From an uncultured cyanobacterium (lineage in GTDB: Bacteria; Cyanobacteriota; Cyanobacteriia; PCC-6307; Cyanobiaceae): a stretch of DNA of 64,000 nt. The DNA lies in NCBI GenBank assembly GCA_963697335.1, contig CAVONQ010000003.1:60669-124668 (forward strand), read 5' to 3'. Positions 46,280-57,362 of this stretch are shown in pieces. Position numbers and translations under genes: made by a program. Numbering within the stretch: the stretch's first letter is position 1; the number at the start of each line of letters is the position of its first letter. Under the pieces are notes generated by a model that did not search any database, was not told the origin of the DNA, and was given only the letters and a program-made list of their open reading frames with translations.

Positions 46280-48310
46280 TCATCCCGCGGCAGCCGCCGA
46301 GCGGCGGCGGCGGGTGCGGCCTGCGATCTCGGGCTCGGGGGCAGCCGCCGCCGGCACGGCCGCAGCCGGCACCACCTTCACCGCGGTTTTGACAACAGGA
46401 GTCACCACGGAGGCCGCTGCCGGGGTAGCTGAGGCAGCTCCCACAGGAGCTCCTTCGCGGCGGGGGGTGCGATCCAGCGAGCGGCTGTCACGGCCCCCGG
46501 CGCGGCCGCGGGGCGCCGGGCGGGAATCGGGCTCCGCATCGGCCCGCCCTTGGTAGGCCGGGGTGCCGGCCGGAGCCGGCTGTACCAGGCAGAGAATCAG
46601 GGGCTCCACCTGGAGTTCGCGCCGCAGACGGCGCTGCAGCCCCAGCTCCACTTCCCGTTGCACACCCACCCAGTCCACATCAGGGGCCTTGCCACCGGTG
46701 TTGCGGCTGAGCTGGCTCCAGCGGTTCTCCAGGACCCAGGTGATTTCGCGTTCAGCCCAGAGGCTGAGCTTGCGGGCATCGGCCGTGGTGACCACGCCCC
46801 GCAGGTTCACCCGCGGCGGCGCCGCCATCACACCATCGGTGCTGATCACCGCCAGCAGGGTGATCACACCGTCTTCGGCCAGCTGCTGGCGCTCCTTGAG
46901 CACCCGGGCGTCGACGATGCCGTTGCGGGAGGCGTCGAGCAGCTCGATGCCGGCCTTGACGGGCTCACCCCGGCGAATCGAATCGGGGGTGAGCTCCACC
47001 ACATCGCCGTTGTCGATGATGAGGGTGTTCTCGGGCGGAATGCCCATCGACATGCCGGTCTTGGAGTGGGCCACGAGCATGCGGTGCTCGCCGTGCACGG
47101 GCACGAAGAACTTGGGCTTCGCCAGGGCCAGCATCAGCTTGTGATCTTCCTGGAAACCGTGGCCGGAGACGTGAATGCCTTCACCTTTGCCATAGACCAC
47201 CTTGGCCCCGAGAATCATCAAGCGGTCGATGGTGTTCACCACGGAGATGGTGTTGCCCGGGATCGGGCTGGCGGAGAAGATGATGGTGTCCGAAGGCTTC
47301 ACCTGCACCTGGGGGTGTTCCCCCCTGGAGATGCGGCTGAGGGCGGCCAGGGGCTCGCCCTGGCTGCCGGTCATCAGCAGCAGGGTTTCCCGGTCCGGCA
47401 GGTCACGGATCTGCTTGATCGGCACGAACAGATCATCGGGGGCGCGCATGTAGCCGAGTTCGCGGGCCTTGGCAATCACATTCAGCATCGAGCGGCCCAG
47501 CAGGCCCACCTTGCGGCCATTCTTCATGGCCAGCTCGAGGATCATCGACACCCGGTGGATTGAACTGGCGAAGGTGGTGATGATCACCCGGCCATCGGCT
47601 TGGGCGATGTGCTGGTCGAGCTTCGGGAACACCGAGCGCTCGGGGGGACAGAAGCCAGGCACCTCAGCGTTGGTGGAGTCGCTGAACAGACAGAGCACTC
47701 CCTTGTCGCCGTAGTGGGCCAGGCGGGCCATGTCGAAGTGCTCGCCGTCCACAGGGGTGTGGTCGAACTTGAAGTCACCGGTGAAGATCACCGTGCCCAC
47801 CGGAGTGGTGATAGCCAGCGTGAAGCTGTCTGCCATCGAGTGGGTATTGCGGATGAACTCCACTGAGAAGTGCTGACCCACCTTCACCACATCGCGTGGG
47901 CCGACGGTCTTGAGGATGGTGCGATCCATCACACCGGCTTCCTCCATCTTGCCGGTGAGCATCGACAGTGCCAGCCGCGGCCCATGGATCACCGGGATCG
48001 TGAAGTTCTTGAGATGGTGGGCAATGCCGCCGATGTGATCTTCGTGACCGTGGGTCACGATCATGCCGCGGATGCGCTTCTGATTTTCCTTCAGATAGCT
48101 GGTGTCGGGCATCACCACGTTGACGCCGTGCATGCCGTCACTTGGGAAGGCCAGACCGGCATCCACCAGCATGATGTCATCGCCGTATTCGAACACACAG
48201 GTGTTCTTGCCGATCTCGTGGAGGCCACCGAGGGGAATCACCCGTAGGGCAGGCTGCTTGCCGTTGGATCCGTTCTGGGTAGAACTATGACGAACCTGGG
48301 AATTTGACAT
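46280..48310 (-). CDS. rnj: Ribonuclease J
   Basis: PLGGLHEIGKN, THGHEDHIG, TGDFK, TGSQGEP, HVSGH, PVHGE. Confidence 0.97.
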   Translation of the reverse strand: MSNSQVRHSSTQNGSNGKQPALRVIPLGGLHEIGKNTCVFEYGDDIMLVDAGLAFPSDGMHGVNVVMPDTSYLKENQKRIRGMIVTHGHEDHIGGIAHHLKNFTIPVIHGPRLALSMLTGKMEEAGVMDRTILKTVGPRDVVKVGQHFSVEFIRNTHSMADSFTLAITTPVGTVIFTGDFKFDHTPVDGEHFDMARLAHYGDKGVLCLFSDSTNAEVPGFCPPERSVFPKLDQHIAQADGRVIITTFASSIHRVSMILELAMKNGRKVGLLGRSMLNVIAKARELGYMRAPDDLFVPIKQIRDLPDRETLLLMTGSQGEPLAALSRISRGEHPQVQVKPSDTIIFSASPIPGNTISVVNTIDRLMILGAKVVYGKGEGIHVSGHGFQEDHKLMLALAKPKFFVPVHGEHRMLVAHSKTGMSMGIPPENTLIIDNGDVVELTPDSIRRGEPVKAGIELLDASRNGIVDARVLKERQQLAEDGVITLLAVISTDGVMAAPPRVNLRGVVTTADARKLSLWAEREITWVLENRWSQLSRNTGGKAPDVDWVGVQREVELGLQRRLRRELQVEPLILCLVQPAPAGTPAYQGRADAEPDSRPAPRGRAGGRDSRSLDRTPRREGAPVGAASATPAAASVVTPVVKTAVKVVPAAAVPAAAAPEPEIAGRTRRRRSAAAAG

Positions 48311-48384
48311 GTAAGAAAATTTGAAGAGTCTGAAGTTGAAACCGGAGCTTGCTGATTGCAGATCAGCCATTCAGCCTTGGCGTC

Positions 48385-49302
48385 TCAGGTAGGACGCAGG
48401 GCAGCCAGGGTTTCGCAGAGGCGTTGTTTCACGTCGTCGTTCGCGGGGAGAAGGGGAAGTCTTGGGTCACCCACCGGCCAGCCGCTGAGGGCGAGGGCGG
48501 CTTTCACGGGCACCGGGTTGGTGGTGCAGAACAGGGCCCGGCACAGGGGCAGCAGCTGTTCATGCAGGGCGAGGGCCAGGGGCAGATCACCGTCGAGGAA
48601 GGCCTGCACCATGCGGCTGATGCGCGGGCCCTCGAGGTGGCTGGCCACGCTCACCACCCCCACGGCTCCCACGGCCAGCATCGGCAGGGTGAGGGCGTCA
48701 TCGCCGGAGTAGATCGCCAGCCGGTCGCCGCAGGCCAGGCGCAGGGCACTGACCTCGTCAGTGGTGCCGCTCGCCGCCTTGAAGGCCACCACATTGGGCA
48801 GGTCGAGCAGGCGGGCCACGGTGGTGGGCTCGAGACTGGCGGCAGTGCGGCCGGGGATGTTGTAGAGCATCAGCGGCAGGTTCGGAGCCGCCTCGGCGAT
48901 CGCCCGGAAATGGGCCTCCAGGCCGTCTTGGGGGGGCTTGTTGTAGTAAGGCACCACCACCAGGGCCCCGTCGGCGCCGAGGGCTGCGGCTTCGCAGGTG
49001 GCCTCCACCGCCTCGGCGGTGCAGTTGCTGCCACTGCCCGCGATCAGCCGGGCCCGACCGGCCACGGCGTCTTTCACGGCTGCGAACAGGGCGTGCTGCT
49101 CCGCCCAGCTGAGGGTGGGAGATTCCCCCGTGGTGCCGCACAGCACCAGAGCATCCGAGCCGTGGGTCACCAGGTGATCAGCGAGCCGGGCCGCCTGGGC
49201 CAGGTCCACCTGGCCGTTGGGCTGGAACGGCGTGACCATCGCCGTGGCCACCCGTCCAAACGGGGCTTTCAGCCAGGGCTGCTGCTGGGCGGCGACGCTC
49301 AA
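48385..49302 (-). CDS. dapA: 4-hydroxy-tetrahydrodipicolinate synthase
   Basis: TAMVTPF, GTTGES, PYYNKP, YNIPGRT; TTG start overlaps asd stop. Confidence 0.96.
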   Translation of the reverse strand: MSVAAQQQPWLKAPFGRVATAMVTPFQPNGQVDLAQAARLADHLVTHGSDALVLCGTTGESPTLSWAEQHALFAAVKDAVAGRARLIAGSGSNCTAEAVEATCEAAALGADGALVVVPYYNKPPQDGLEAHFRAIAEAAPNLPLMLYNIPGRTAASLEPTTVARLLDLPNVVAFKAASGTTDEVSALRLACGDRLAIYSGDDALTLPMLAVGAVGVVSVASHLEGPRISRMVQAFLDGDLPLALALHEQLLPLCRALFCTTNPVPVKAALALSGWPVGDPRLPLLPANDDVKQRLCETLAALRPT

Positions 49303-50432
49303 ACCCCACCTCCCTGGGCCGTTGCCTGCGTCTGCACCACAGGGGCCTGGAGCAGCAGCTCGGCGATCTGAACCGCGTTGAGGGCGGCGCCCTTGCGGAT
49401 CTGATCGCCGCAGAGCCACAGCTCCAGGGCGTTGGGATCGCTGAGGTCCTGGCGGATGCGCCCCACGGCCACCGGATCGCGACCGGTCACGTCGGTGGGC
49501 ATCGGAAAGCGGTTGGCCTCGAAGTTCTCGATCAGCTCAACCCCAGGAGCCTGGGCCAGCAGGGCCCGGGCCTCCTCCACGGGGAAGGGCTCCTCAAAAC
49601 TGATGTTCACCGCCTCGGAGTGGGCCCGCAGCACCGGCACCCGCACGCAGGTGGCCGACAGCCGCAGCTCGGGCAGGTCCATGATCTTGCGGGTCTCGTT
49701 GAGCATCTTGAGCTCCTCCTCGCAGTAGCCGTTGGGCTGCAGGGGGGAGTTGTGCAGGAACAGGTTGAAGGCGAGGGAATGGGGCAGCACGGTGCTCACC
49801 GGCTCGCCGCCGTCCAGCACCGTGCGGCTGAGCTGGCGCAGCTCCTCCATGGCCCGGGCGCCGGCGCCGCTGGCAGACTGGTAAGTGCTCACCACCACCC
49901 GCCGGATGGCGCGCCGGGCCTGCAGGGGCGCCAGGGCCAGGGTCAGCAGGATCGTGGTGCAGTTGGGGTTGGCGATGATGCCGCGGTGGCTGAAGGCGGC
50001 GGCGGGGTTGACCTCGGGCACCACCAGGGGCACGGCCGGATCGAGCCGGAAGGCGCTGGAGTTGTCGATCACCAGGGCGCCGGCGGCCGCGGCCAGCGGC
50101 GCCCACTGGCGCGACGCGGAGCCACCCGCCGAGGCAAGCACCAGATCCACCCCCGTGAACACCGCCTCGCTGACGCCCTGGATAGTGAGGGTTTCCCCCT
50201 GCCAGGCGAGGGGCTGCCCGGCGGAGCGGGGCGAGGCCAGGGGGATCAGCTCGGCCACCGGGAAGTGACGCTCGGCCAGCAGTTGCAGCAGCTCCTGCCC
50301 CACGGCCCCGGTGGCCCCGAGGATGGCCACGCGCAGGGGACGATCCGGCAGCGTTGTGACCCCGGAGGTGACCTGGGACTGGGCGGCTGCGCCAGCAGAA
50401 GTGGTGGTTGTGGTGGGCTGAGCTGTGGTCAA
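49299..50432 (-). CDS. asd: Aspartate-semialdehyde dehydrogenase
   Basis: [40 protein letters not shown]. Confidence 0.97.
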   Translation of the reverse strand: MTTAQPTTTTTSAGAAAQSQVTSGVTTLPDRPLRVAILGATGAVGQELLQLLAERHFPVAELIPLASPRSAGQPLAWQGETLTIQGVSEAVFTGVDLVLASAGGSASRQWAPLAAAAGALVIDNSSAFRLDPAVPLVVPEVNPAAAFSHRGIIANPNCTTILLTLALAPLQARRAIRRVVVSTYQSASGAGARAMEELRQLSRTVLDGGEPVSTVLPHSLAFNLFLHNSPLQPNGYCEEELKMLNETRKIMDLPELRLSATCVRVPVLRAHSEAVNISFEEPFPVEEARALLAQAPGVELIENFEANRFPMPTDVTGRDPVAVGRIRQDLSDPNALELWLCGDQIRKGAALNAVQIAELLLQAPVVQTQATAQGGGV

Positions 50433-50560
50433 GGGCGGTATGGGCCGGGGAGAGGTGGAGGGGTTGCAGCCTCGGCTCGGGGCCTGGGTGGGCGGCCCGC
50501 TCGGGTTGCAGAACCCTGGCTAATGCTGGTGAAACAAGAACGCGGCAAGCGGCGACTCAT
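50429..50560 (-). CDS. Putative 43-aa leader peptide (uORF) coupled to asd
   Basis: ATG at 50560; [46 protein letters not shown] overlaps the asd TTG (TTGA). Confidence 0.4.
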   Translation of the reverse strand: MSRRLPRSCFTSISQGSATRAGRPPRPRAEAATPPPLPGPYRP

Positions 50561-50933
50561 CGCAGCAGGACGTTTCAGGCGGGTGGGCGATCAGGGCGTT
50601 CCGAAGACCGGTGGAGAGGCGGGGGCCAACGGTGAACGCTTGTTGGCAGAAGCGAAGGGAAGGTGAGCGTGGTGGCGGAGGGCTGGTTGGAAAACTTGGG
50701 GGGAGGGATCGGCCCGGAAGCGATTTCAGGCTTTCGGATCAACAGGCCTGGATCTGCAGGGCCTGGGGAGAGTCTGGCGTGGTCGCTCGGCACTGACGGG
50801 ACCGTCACAGCTGCGCTGGGACGCGTGGGTCAGGGAGACCACCACGGGGATCTCACGTCTTGATGCTGCAAAGACTACTGGAAACAACGCCTGCAAGCCA
50901 CTTTCTTAGGATCGCGGGCTGCACCGAGCTGCC

Positions 50934-52352
50934 ATGAGTCCTGCTGCCGCCTCTTCCGCCCCCACCAGCCCCTCCAGGGGTGACACCTTCAGCGTGACCG
51001 CCACACCGCGTCCGGGCAGCCGCATGGCCCTCGAGGTGGCGATCCCGGGCGAGCGCTGCAAGGCCAGCTACGAGACGGCGGTGGAGAAGCTCAGCCGCAG
51101 CATCAAGCTGCCGGGATTCCGCAAGGGCAAGGTGCCCCGGGCGGTGCTGCTGCAGCAGATCGGCCCCCTGCGGGTGCGGGCCACCGCCCTGGAGGATCTG
51201 GTCGATGCCGCCTTCCGCGACGCCCTGGCCCTGGAGGAGCTGTCCCCGCTGAGTCGTCCGGAGCTGAACGAGGCCTTCGAGCTGGTGCTGGAGCGGTTCC
51301 AGCCGGGAGAAGCGCTCAGCTTCACGCTGGAGCTCGACGTGGAGCCCACCCCGAAGCTGAACAACACCCGCGGCCTCAAGGCCGAGGCCGAGACGATCAG
51401 CTACGACCCCGCCAGGGTCGATGAACTGATCGAGCAGTCGCGCAAGCAGCTGGCCACCCTGGTGCCGGTGGAGGGCCGCAGCGCCGAGAGCGGCGACGTG
51501 GCAGTGCTGAGCTTCAGCGGCGTGTTTGTCGACAGCGGTGAACCGATCACGGGCGGCAGCAGCGAAGCCACCGAGGTGGAGCTGGAGGAAGGCCGCATGA
51601 TCCCCGGCTTCGTGGAGGGGGTGATCGGCATGGCCGTGGGCGAGACGCGCACGGTGGAGTGCCAGTTTCCCGAGAGCTACCCCCAGGAGGAGGCCGCGGG
51701 TCGCCAGGCCCGCTTCGAGATCGGCCTCAAGGACCTCAAGACCCGGGAGCTTCCCGCCCTCGACGACGCCTTTGCCCAGCAGGCCAGCGACAAGCAGACC
51801 CTGGCCGAGCTGCGGGCCGATCTGGAGCAGCGCCTCCGGGACGACGCCGAGAGCCGGGCCAGGACAGCCCGCCACGAAGCGCTGCTGGGTGCCCTGGTGG
51901 AGGAGCTCGAGGTGGAGCTGCCGGAATCCATGGTGCAGCAGGAGATCCGCAACCTGATCGAGCAAACCGCCGGCCAGATCGCCCAGCAGGGCATGGATGT
52001 GAAAAAACTGTTCACGCCTGAGCTGGTGCGCAGCCTGGTGGACAGTTCCCGCCCTGAGGCCGAACAGCGCTTGCGGCGCAACCTGGCGCTCCAGGCCCTG
52101 GCCAGCGCCGAGGAGATCAAGCTGGAGGACGCCGAGCTGGACGCCAAGGTGAAGGAGGTGCGCCAGGGTCTCGAGAATCAGGGCAGCATCGACGCCGAGC
52201 GGCTGCGCCAGGTCGTGGGCGACGACCTCCTGCGCGAGAAGTTGCTCGACTGGCTCGAGAGCCACAGCACCATCAGCGAGGCTGTGGCTAACGAGGCTGT
52301 GGCCGAAGAGCCAGCTCCTGAAAGGGACACAGCCGCGACCCCCGAGGCCTGA
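50934..52352 (+). CDS. tig: Trigger factor
   Basis: [14 protein letters not shown] domain [13 protein letters not shown]. Confidence 0.97.
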   Translation: MSPAAASSAPTSPSRGDTFSVTATPRPGSRMALEVAIPGERCKASYETAVEKLSRSIKLPGFRKGKVPRAVLLQQIGPLRVRATALEDLVDAAFRDALALEELSPLSRPELNEAFELVLERFQPGEALSFTLELDVEPTPKLNNTRGLKAEAETISYDPARVDELIEQSRKQLATLVPVEGRSAESGDVAVLSFSGVFVDSGEPITGGSSEATEVELEEGRMIPGFVEGVIGMAVGETRTVECQFPESYPQEEAAGRQARFEIGLKDLKTRELPALDDAFAQQASDKQTLAELRADLEQRLRDDAESRARTARHEALLGALVEELEVELPESMVQQEIRNLIEQTAGQIAQQGMDVKKLFTPELVRSLVDSSRPEAEQRLRRNLALQALASAEEIKLEDAELDAKVKEVRQGLENQGSIDAERLRQVVGDDLLREKLLDWLESHSTISEAVANEAVAEEPAPERDTAATPEA

Positions 52353-52447
52353 GTGGTGTGGCGGCGCTCATGCCCCCAGCTGCGGCAATCCCCCCAGCGA
52401 GCACCGGTCCCATCGCCATAGATTGCCACCACCAGACCTTGCCGCGC

Positions 52448-53152
52448 GTGATCGACGCCCAATCCCCCACCGCCCAGCGGGCCCATCCGATCCAGAACCT
52501 CTGGATGGGAGTGCGGCCCGAGGCCACAATCGGGGCACCCTCCGCCGCCCCCGGGGTGCTGCCCACCGTGGTCGAGCAGTCCGGCAAGGGCGAGCGAGCC
52601 TTCGACATCTACTCCCGCCTGCTGCGCGAGCGGATCATCTTTCTGGGCACGGGCATCGACGATTCAGTGGCCGACGCCCTGGTGGCCCAGCTGCTCTTCC
52701 TGGAGGCCGAGGACCCCGAGAAGGACATTCAGATCTACATCAACTCCCCTGGCGGCTCGGTGACGGCAGGGCTGGCGATCTACGACACCATGCAGCAGGT
52801 GGCGCCGGATGTGGTCACCATCTGCTACGGCCTGGCGGCCTCGATGGGGGCCTTCCTGCTGTCAGGGGGGTGCAAGGGCAAGCGCCTGGCCCTGCCCAGC
52901 GCCCGGATCATGATTCACCAGCCCCTGGGCGGCGCCCAGGGCCAGGCGGTGGACATCGAGATCCAGGCCAAGGAGATCCTCTACCTCAAGGACACCCTCA
53001 ACGGTCTGATGGCCGAGCACACTGGCCAGCCCCTCGACAAGATCACGGAGGACACCGACCGCGACTACTTCCTTTCACCCGCCGAGGCGGTTGAATACGG
53101 CCTGATCGACCGGGTGGTGACCGAAACCTCACCATCCCAGGAGCCTTCATGA
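52448..53152 (+). CDS. clpP: ATP-dependent Clp protease proteolytic subunit
   Basis: [34 protein letters not shown]. Confidence 0.97.
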   Translation: MIDAQSPTAQRAHPIQNLWMGVRPEATIGAPSAAPGVLPTVVEQSGKGERAFDIYSRLLRERIIFLGTGIDDSVADALVAQLLFLEAEDPEKDIQIYINSPGGSVTAGLAIYDTMQQVAPDVVTICYGLAASMGAFLLSGGCKGKRLALPSARIMIHQPLGGAQGQAVDIEIQAKEILYLKDTLNGLMAEHTGQPLDKITEDTDRDYFLSPAEAVEYGLIDRVVTETSPSQEPS

Positions 53153-53417
53153 CCTGGTGGCTGGCGAGCCAGCCCGATCCATGGGATTTTGTAGGGCCTT
53201 CCCCCCCAGGAACCCGATCCGCTTGAGGCGGCTGCTGGCCCGCAACCGCTCCACTGGTGTGCCGGTCTCTATTCCCCTCGCTGAGTCCTTCCATTCTGAT
53301 CATTCCTGTCTGATCCTTAAGGAAAGTGTCCTGAACCTGTTCCCGGGTCAATGCTGACCCTGGGATCCGCGATCTCCCGCCCCCTGACCTGGACGTTCCG
53401 TCCTCCCGCTCCTGCCG

Positions 53418-54776
53418 ATGGCCAAGTTCGACGCCCATCTCAAGTGCTCGTTCTGCGGCAAGTCCCAGGAGCAGGTGCGCAAGCTCATCGCCGGGCCCGG
53501 GGTCTACATCTGCGACGAGTGCATCGATCTCTGCAACGAGATTCTCGATGAGGAGCTGGTGGACACCCACGGCTCCGGCGGCGGCCGCCATGTGCCCGAA
53601 CCCAGCCGCGGCAAGAACGCCACCAAGAAACCCGCCAGGCCGGCACCCACCCTGGCGGAAGTGCCCAAACCCCTGGAGATCAAGGAGTTTCTCGATCGCC
53701 AGGTGGTGGGTCAGGAAGACGCCAAGAAATCCCTGTCCGTGGCGGTCTACAACCACTACAAGCGCCTGGCCTGGCAAGGCGACGGCAAGGGCGAGACCGA
53801 CCAGACCGCCACCCGGCTGCACAAGAGCAACATCCTGCTGATCGGCCCCACCGGCTGCGGCAAGACGCTCCTGGCCCAGACGCTGGCCGAGATCCTGGAT
53901 GTGCCCTTCGCGGTGGTCGATGCCACCACCCTCACCGAAGCCGGCTACGTGGGCGAGGACGTGGAGAACATCCTGCTGCGGCTGCTGCAGAAGGCCGACA
54001 TGGATGTGGAGCTGGCCCAGCGGGGCATCATCTACATCGATGAGATCGACAAGATCGCGCGCAAGAGCGAGAACCCCTCGATCACCCGGGATGTGTCCGG
54101 GGAGGGGGTCCAGCAGGCGCTGCTGAAGATGCTGGAGGGCACTACCGCCAACGTGCCGCCCCAGGGGGGCCGCAAGCATCCCTACCAGGACTGCATCCAG
54201 ATCGACACCAGCCAGATTCTGTTCATCTGCGGCGGCGCCTTCGTGGGCCTCGACGACGTGGTGCAGAAGCGGATGGGCCGCAATGCCATCGGCTTCATCA
54301 ACCCCGACGGCAGCAGCCGCCCCCGCAGCGTCAAGGAGCGCCAGGCGGCCAGCGTGCTGCGTCACATGGAGCCCGACGACCTGGTGAAGTACGGCCTGAT
54401 CCCTGAGTTCATCGGCCGCCTGCCCGTGAGCGCCGTGCTCGAGCCGCTCGATACCCGCGCCCTGGAGGCGATTCTCACCGAGCCCCGCGATGCCCTGGTG
54501 AAACAGTTTCAGACCCTGCTCAGCATGGACGAGGTGCAGCTGCACTTCGAGCCCGGCGCCATCGCGGCCATTGCCGCCGAGGCCCACCGCCGCAAGACCG
54601 GGGCTCGGGCGCTGCGGGGCATCCTCGAGGAGCTGATGCTGGAGCTGATGTACGACCTGCCCTCGCGCCGCAACGTCAAGGACTTCACCGTGACCCGCGA
54701 GCTGGTGGAGCAGCGCAGCCAGGCCAAGGTGGTTCCCCTGGGCACGAGCCACGAGGGCGCCCAGGCGAGCGCCTGA
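53418..54776 (+). CDS. clpX: Clp protease ATP-binding subunit ClpX
   Basis: CSFCGK zinc finger, [25 protein letters not shown] loop. Confidence 0.98.
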   Translation: MAKFDAHLKCSFCGKSQEQVRKLIAGPGVYICDECIDLCNEILDEELVDTHGSGGGRHVPEPSRGKNATKKPARPAPTLAEVPKPLEIKEFLDRQVVGQEDAKKSLSVAVYNHYKRLAWQGDGKGETDQTATRLHKSNILLIGPTGCGKTLLAQTLAEILDVPFAVVDATTLTEAGYVGEDVENILLRLLQKADMDVELAQRGIIYIDEIDKIARKSENPSITRDVSGEGVQQALLKMLEGTTANVPPQGGRKHPYQDCIQIDTSQILFICGGAFVGLDDVVQKRMGRNAIGFINPDGSSRPRSVKERQAASVLRHMEPDDLVKYGLIPEFIGRLPVSAVLEPLDTRALEAILTEPRDALVKQFQTLLSMDEVQLHFEPGAIAAIAAEAHRRKTGARALRGILEELMLELMYDLPSRRNVKDFTVTRELVEQRSQAKVVPLGTSHEGAQASA

Positions 54777-54783
54777 GCTCTCC

Positions 54784-55488
54784 GTGGCCACCGCCGATCA
54801 CCTGCAGGTCCCCCGTCAGCACGGCCTGTTCAACCACCACGGCATCGACCTGGGCGACGGCAGCGTGGCCCACTACCTGGAGGGCCGCGAGATCCTGCGC
54901 AGCGCCCGGGAGGACTTCAGCCTCGGCCAACCGCTGAGCGTGGTGCCCTATCCCGAGGGCAGTTGCTCCCCTGACGGCGTCTGCCTCAGACGGGCCATGG
55001 GCCGCCTCGGGGAGCAGAACTACAACCTGCTGTTCAACAACTGCGAGCACTTCGCCCACTGGTGCAAGACCGGCCGGCATCGCAGCTCCCAGGTGGAGGG
55101 CTGGCTGCACACCGGCACTCTGGGGGCGCTGGCGCTGGGCCAGGTGATGCCGGCGGCGGTGCTTGCCGGCGCCCGCCTGCTGCTGCGGCAGGGAGCCCGC
55201 CTCGATGGCCTGAATCTGGAATCCCTGAATCTGGACCAGGGCCAGCTGGACAAGGGCCTGGAGCTGGCCCAGCAGACCGTTGCCCAGTTGGAGGGGCTGC
55301 GCCAGAAGCTGCAGGGGCGGCTGGATGAGGAACTCGCCAAGGCGGAGGCCCGCTGGGGTCAGGGCCAGTTCGAGGCCCTGCGGCGCACGGCCCAGGGCCT
55401 GGCCGACCAACTGGCCGAGGTGGAAGACCTGGAGGCCGCTCTCGAATCCCGGCTGCAGGGGCTGCTGGAGCCCGGGGACGACCAGTAG
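54784..55488 (+). CDS. LRAT-family (permuted NlpC/P60) protein with C-terminal coiled coil
   Basis: HHGIDLGDGSVAHY, YNLLFNNCEHFA. Confidence 0.88.
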   Translation: MATADHLQVPRQHGLFNHHGIDLGDGSVAHYLEGREILRSAREDFSLGQPLSVVPYPEGSCSPDGVCLRRAMGRLGEQNYNLLFNNCEHFAHWCKTGRHRSSQVEGWLHTGTLGALALGQVMPAAVLAGARLLLRQGARLDGLNLESLNLDQGQLDKGLELAQQTVAQLEGLRQKLQGRLDEELAKAEARWGQGQFEALRRTAQGLADQLAEVEDLEAALESRLQGLLEPGDDQ

Positions 55489-55517
55489 CCTCGACACTTC
55501 GCCCCTGAGGCCGCCCC

Positions 55518-57347
55518 ATGGGCCAGGCCTACCAGCCGCTCCACCACAAGTACAGACCCCAGCGCTTCGACCAGTTGGTGGGGCAGGAGGCCATCGCCGC
55601 CACGCTGGTCAATGCCCTGCGTTCCGGCCGCATCGCGCCGGCCTATCTGTTCAGCGGGCCCCGCGGCACCGGCAAGACGTCCAGCGCCAGAATCATGGCG
55701 CGTTCGCTCAACTGCCTCAGCGCCCCCGGGCCCACGCCTGAACCCTGCGGCCATTGCGATCTCTGCACCGGGATCGCCTCAGGCAGCGCCCTGGATGTGA
55801 TCGAGATCGACGCGGCCTCCAACACCGGCGTGGACAACATCCGCGAGCTGATCGAGCGCTCCCGCTTCGCGCCGGTGCAGGCCCGCTGGAAGGTGTATGT
55901 GGTGGACGAGTGCCACATGCTCTCCACGGCGGCCTTCAATGCCCTGCTCAAGACCCTGGAGGAGCCACCGCCGCAGGTGGTGTTCGTGCTGGCCACCACC
56001 GACCCCCAGCGGGTGCTGCCCACGATTCTGAGCCGCTGCCAGCGCTTCGACTTCCGCCGCATCCCGCTAGGGGCCCTGGAGCAGCACCTGGGCTGGATCG
56101 CCGCCCAGGAAGCGATCGCGATCACGCCCGAGGCGCTCCACGTGGTGGCCCAGCGGTCCCAGGGTGGGCTGCGGGATGCGGAGAGCCTGCTCGATCAGCT
56201 CAGCCTGCTGCCCCCCCCCGTGGGGGTGGAGGCCGTGTGGGACCTGCTCGGGGCGGTGCCGGAACAGGAGCTCTTGCACCTGGCTGCGGCCCTGGCGGGG
56301 GCCGAGCCGATCGGCCTGATCGAAGCCACCCGCGAGCTGCTGGAACGGGGCCGGGAGCCGGCGGCCGTACTGCAGGGGATGGCCAGCCTGCTGCGGGATC
56401 TGGTCCTGGTGGGCCTGGCCCCCGAGCGGCTGGAGCTCACCGCCGTGTCCCCCCAGTTCCGCAGCCAGCTGCCGGATCTGGCCAGCCGTCTCGGCCAGAT
56501 CCGGCTGCTGCAGTGGCAGGCCCAGCTCAAGGGCAGTGAGCAGCAGCTGCGCCACAGCGTCAACCCCCGCCTATGGCTGGAGGTGCTGCTGCTGGGCCTG
56601 CTGGCGCCGGCGCCGGCGCAACCGCCGGCCGCCGGCCACCTCTCGGCGCAGCGAGCTGCCACTGCCCCACCGCCAGCAGCCACCCCTCGGCCCCTGGCCA
56701 CCACGGGCGACGCGACCCGGGAGAGCGCCACCCCAGTCGGCTCCCCGGTGGCCCCTGAGCCGGCTGCGACAACGCCGGAACAGCCGGCACCAGACCAACG
56801 GGCGGTCAACCTCGGCGAGCTCTGGCAGCAGATCCTGGCCTGCCTGGAGCTGCCCTCCACCCGCATGCTGCTGAGCCAGCAGGGACGCCTGGTGGGGCTG
56901 GATGAACGCCGGGCAGTGGTGCAGGTGGCGAGCCAGTGGGTCGCCATGGTGCACAACCGCCAGGCCCTGGTGGAGCAGGCCATCACCAAGGCCCTCGGCA
57001 GCCCCCGCCAGCTGGTGCTGGAAGCCGGCCGAGAGCCACCGCCCGCAGCTCCGGCCGCCCCGCCGCCAGCGCGCATCGTGCGGGCAGCAGCCCCGACCCC
57101 CACCGCTACCACCACCGCCACCACCGCCACCGCCACGGCCGCAGCACCGCCGACCCCGGCCCCACCACCGCTCCCAAGCCACCCATCCCCCGGCAGCAGC
57201 CCAGCGGGCCCGCATGGGGCCGGCGAGCCAGGCCCGGGGCACTCCTCCCCCCTGGATGACAAGGCCCGCCGGCTGGCGGAATTCTTCAACGGCGAAGTCG
57301 TGGAACTGGATGGGCCCCTCGACGACTCCGGCCAGGATGGGGCCTGA
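55518..57347 (+). CDS. dnaX: DNA polymerase III subunit gamma/tau
   Basis: KYRPQRF, GPRGTGKT, EIDAASN, DECHML, SRCQ. Confidence 0.97.
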   Translation: MGQAYQPLHHKYRPQRFDQLVGQEAIAATLVNALRSGRIAPAYLFSGPRGTGKTSSARIMARSLNCLSAPGPTPEPCGHCDLCTGIASGSALDVIEIDAASNTGVDNIRELIERSRFAPVQARWKVYVVDECHMLSTAAFNALLKTLEEPPPQVVFVLATTDPQRVLPTILSRCQRFDFRRIPLGALEQHLGWIAAQEAIAITPEALHVVAQRSQGGLRDAESLLDQLSLLPPPVGVEAVWDLLGAVPEQELLHLAAALAGAEPIGLIEATRELLERGREPAAVLQGMASLLRDLVLVGLAPERLELTAVSPQFRSQLPDLASRLGQIRLLQWQAQLKGSEQQLRHSVNPRLWLEVLLLGLLAPAPAQPPAAGHLSAQRAATAPPPAATPRPLATTGDATRESATPVGSPVAPEPAATTPEQPAPDQRAVNLGELWQQILACLELPSTRMLLSQQGRLVGLDERRAVVQVASQWVAMVHNRQALVEQAITKALGSPRQLVLEAGREPPPAAPAAPPPARIVRAAAPTPTATTTATTATATAAAPPTPAPPPLPSHPSPGSSPAGPHGAGEPGPGHSSPLDDKARRLAEFFNGEVVELDGPLDDSGQDGA

Positions 57348-57362
57348 GGGCCAGGGCTACGC

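Noticed and set aside
50575..50808. 77-aa ORF in the asd leader
   Set aside because: Pro/Ser-rich with atypical codon usage and no motif; probably non-coding leader sequence
57100..57145. ACC/GCC low-complexity run in dnaX
   Set aside because: Ordinary Thr/Ala-rich linker; not a CRISPR or functional array
55518..57347. Intein or programmed frameshift in dnaX (also inteins in gyrB and clpP)
   Set aside because: No intein insertions or terminal motifs; the C9 run at 56211-56219 is in frame; no A-AAA-AAG or poly-A slippery site seen
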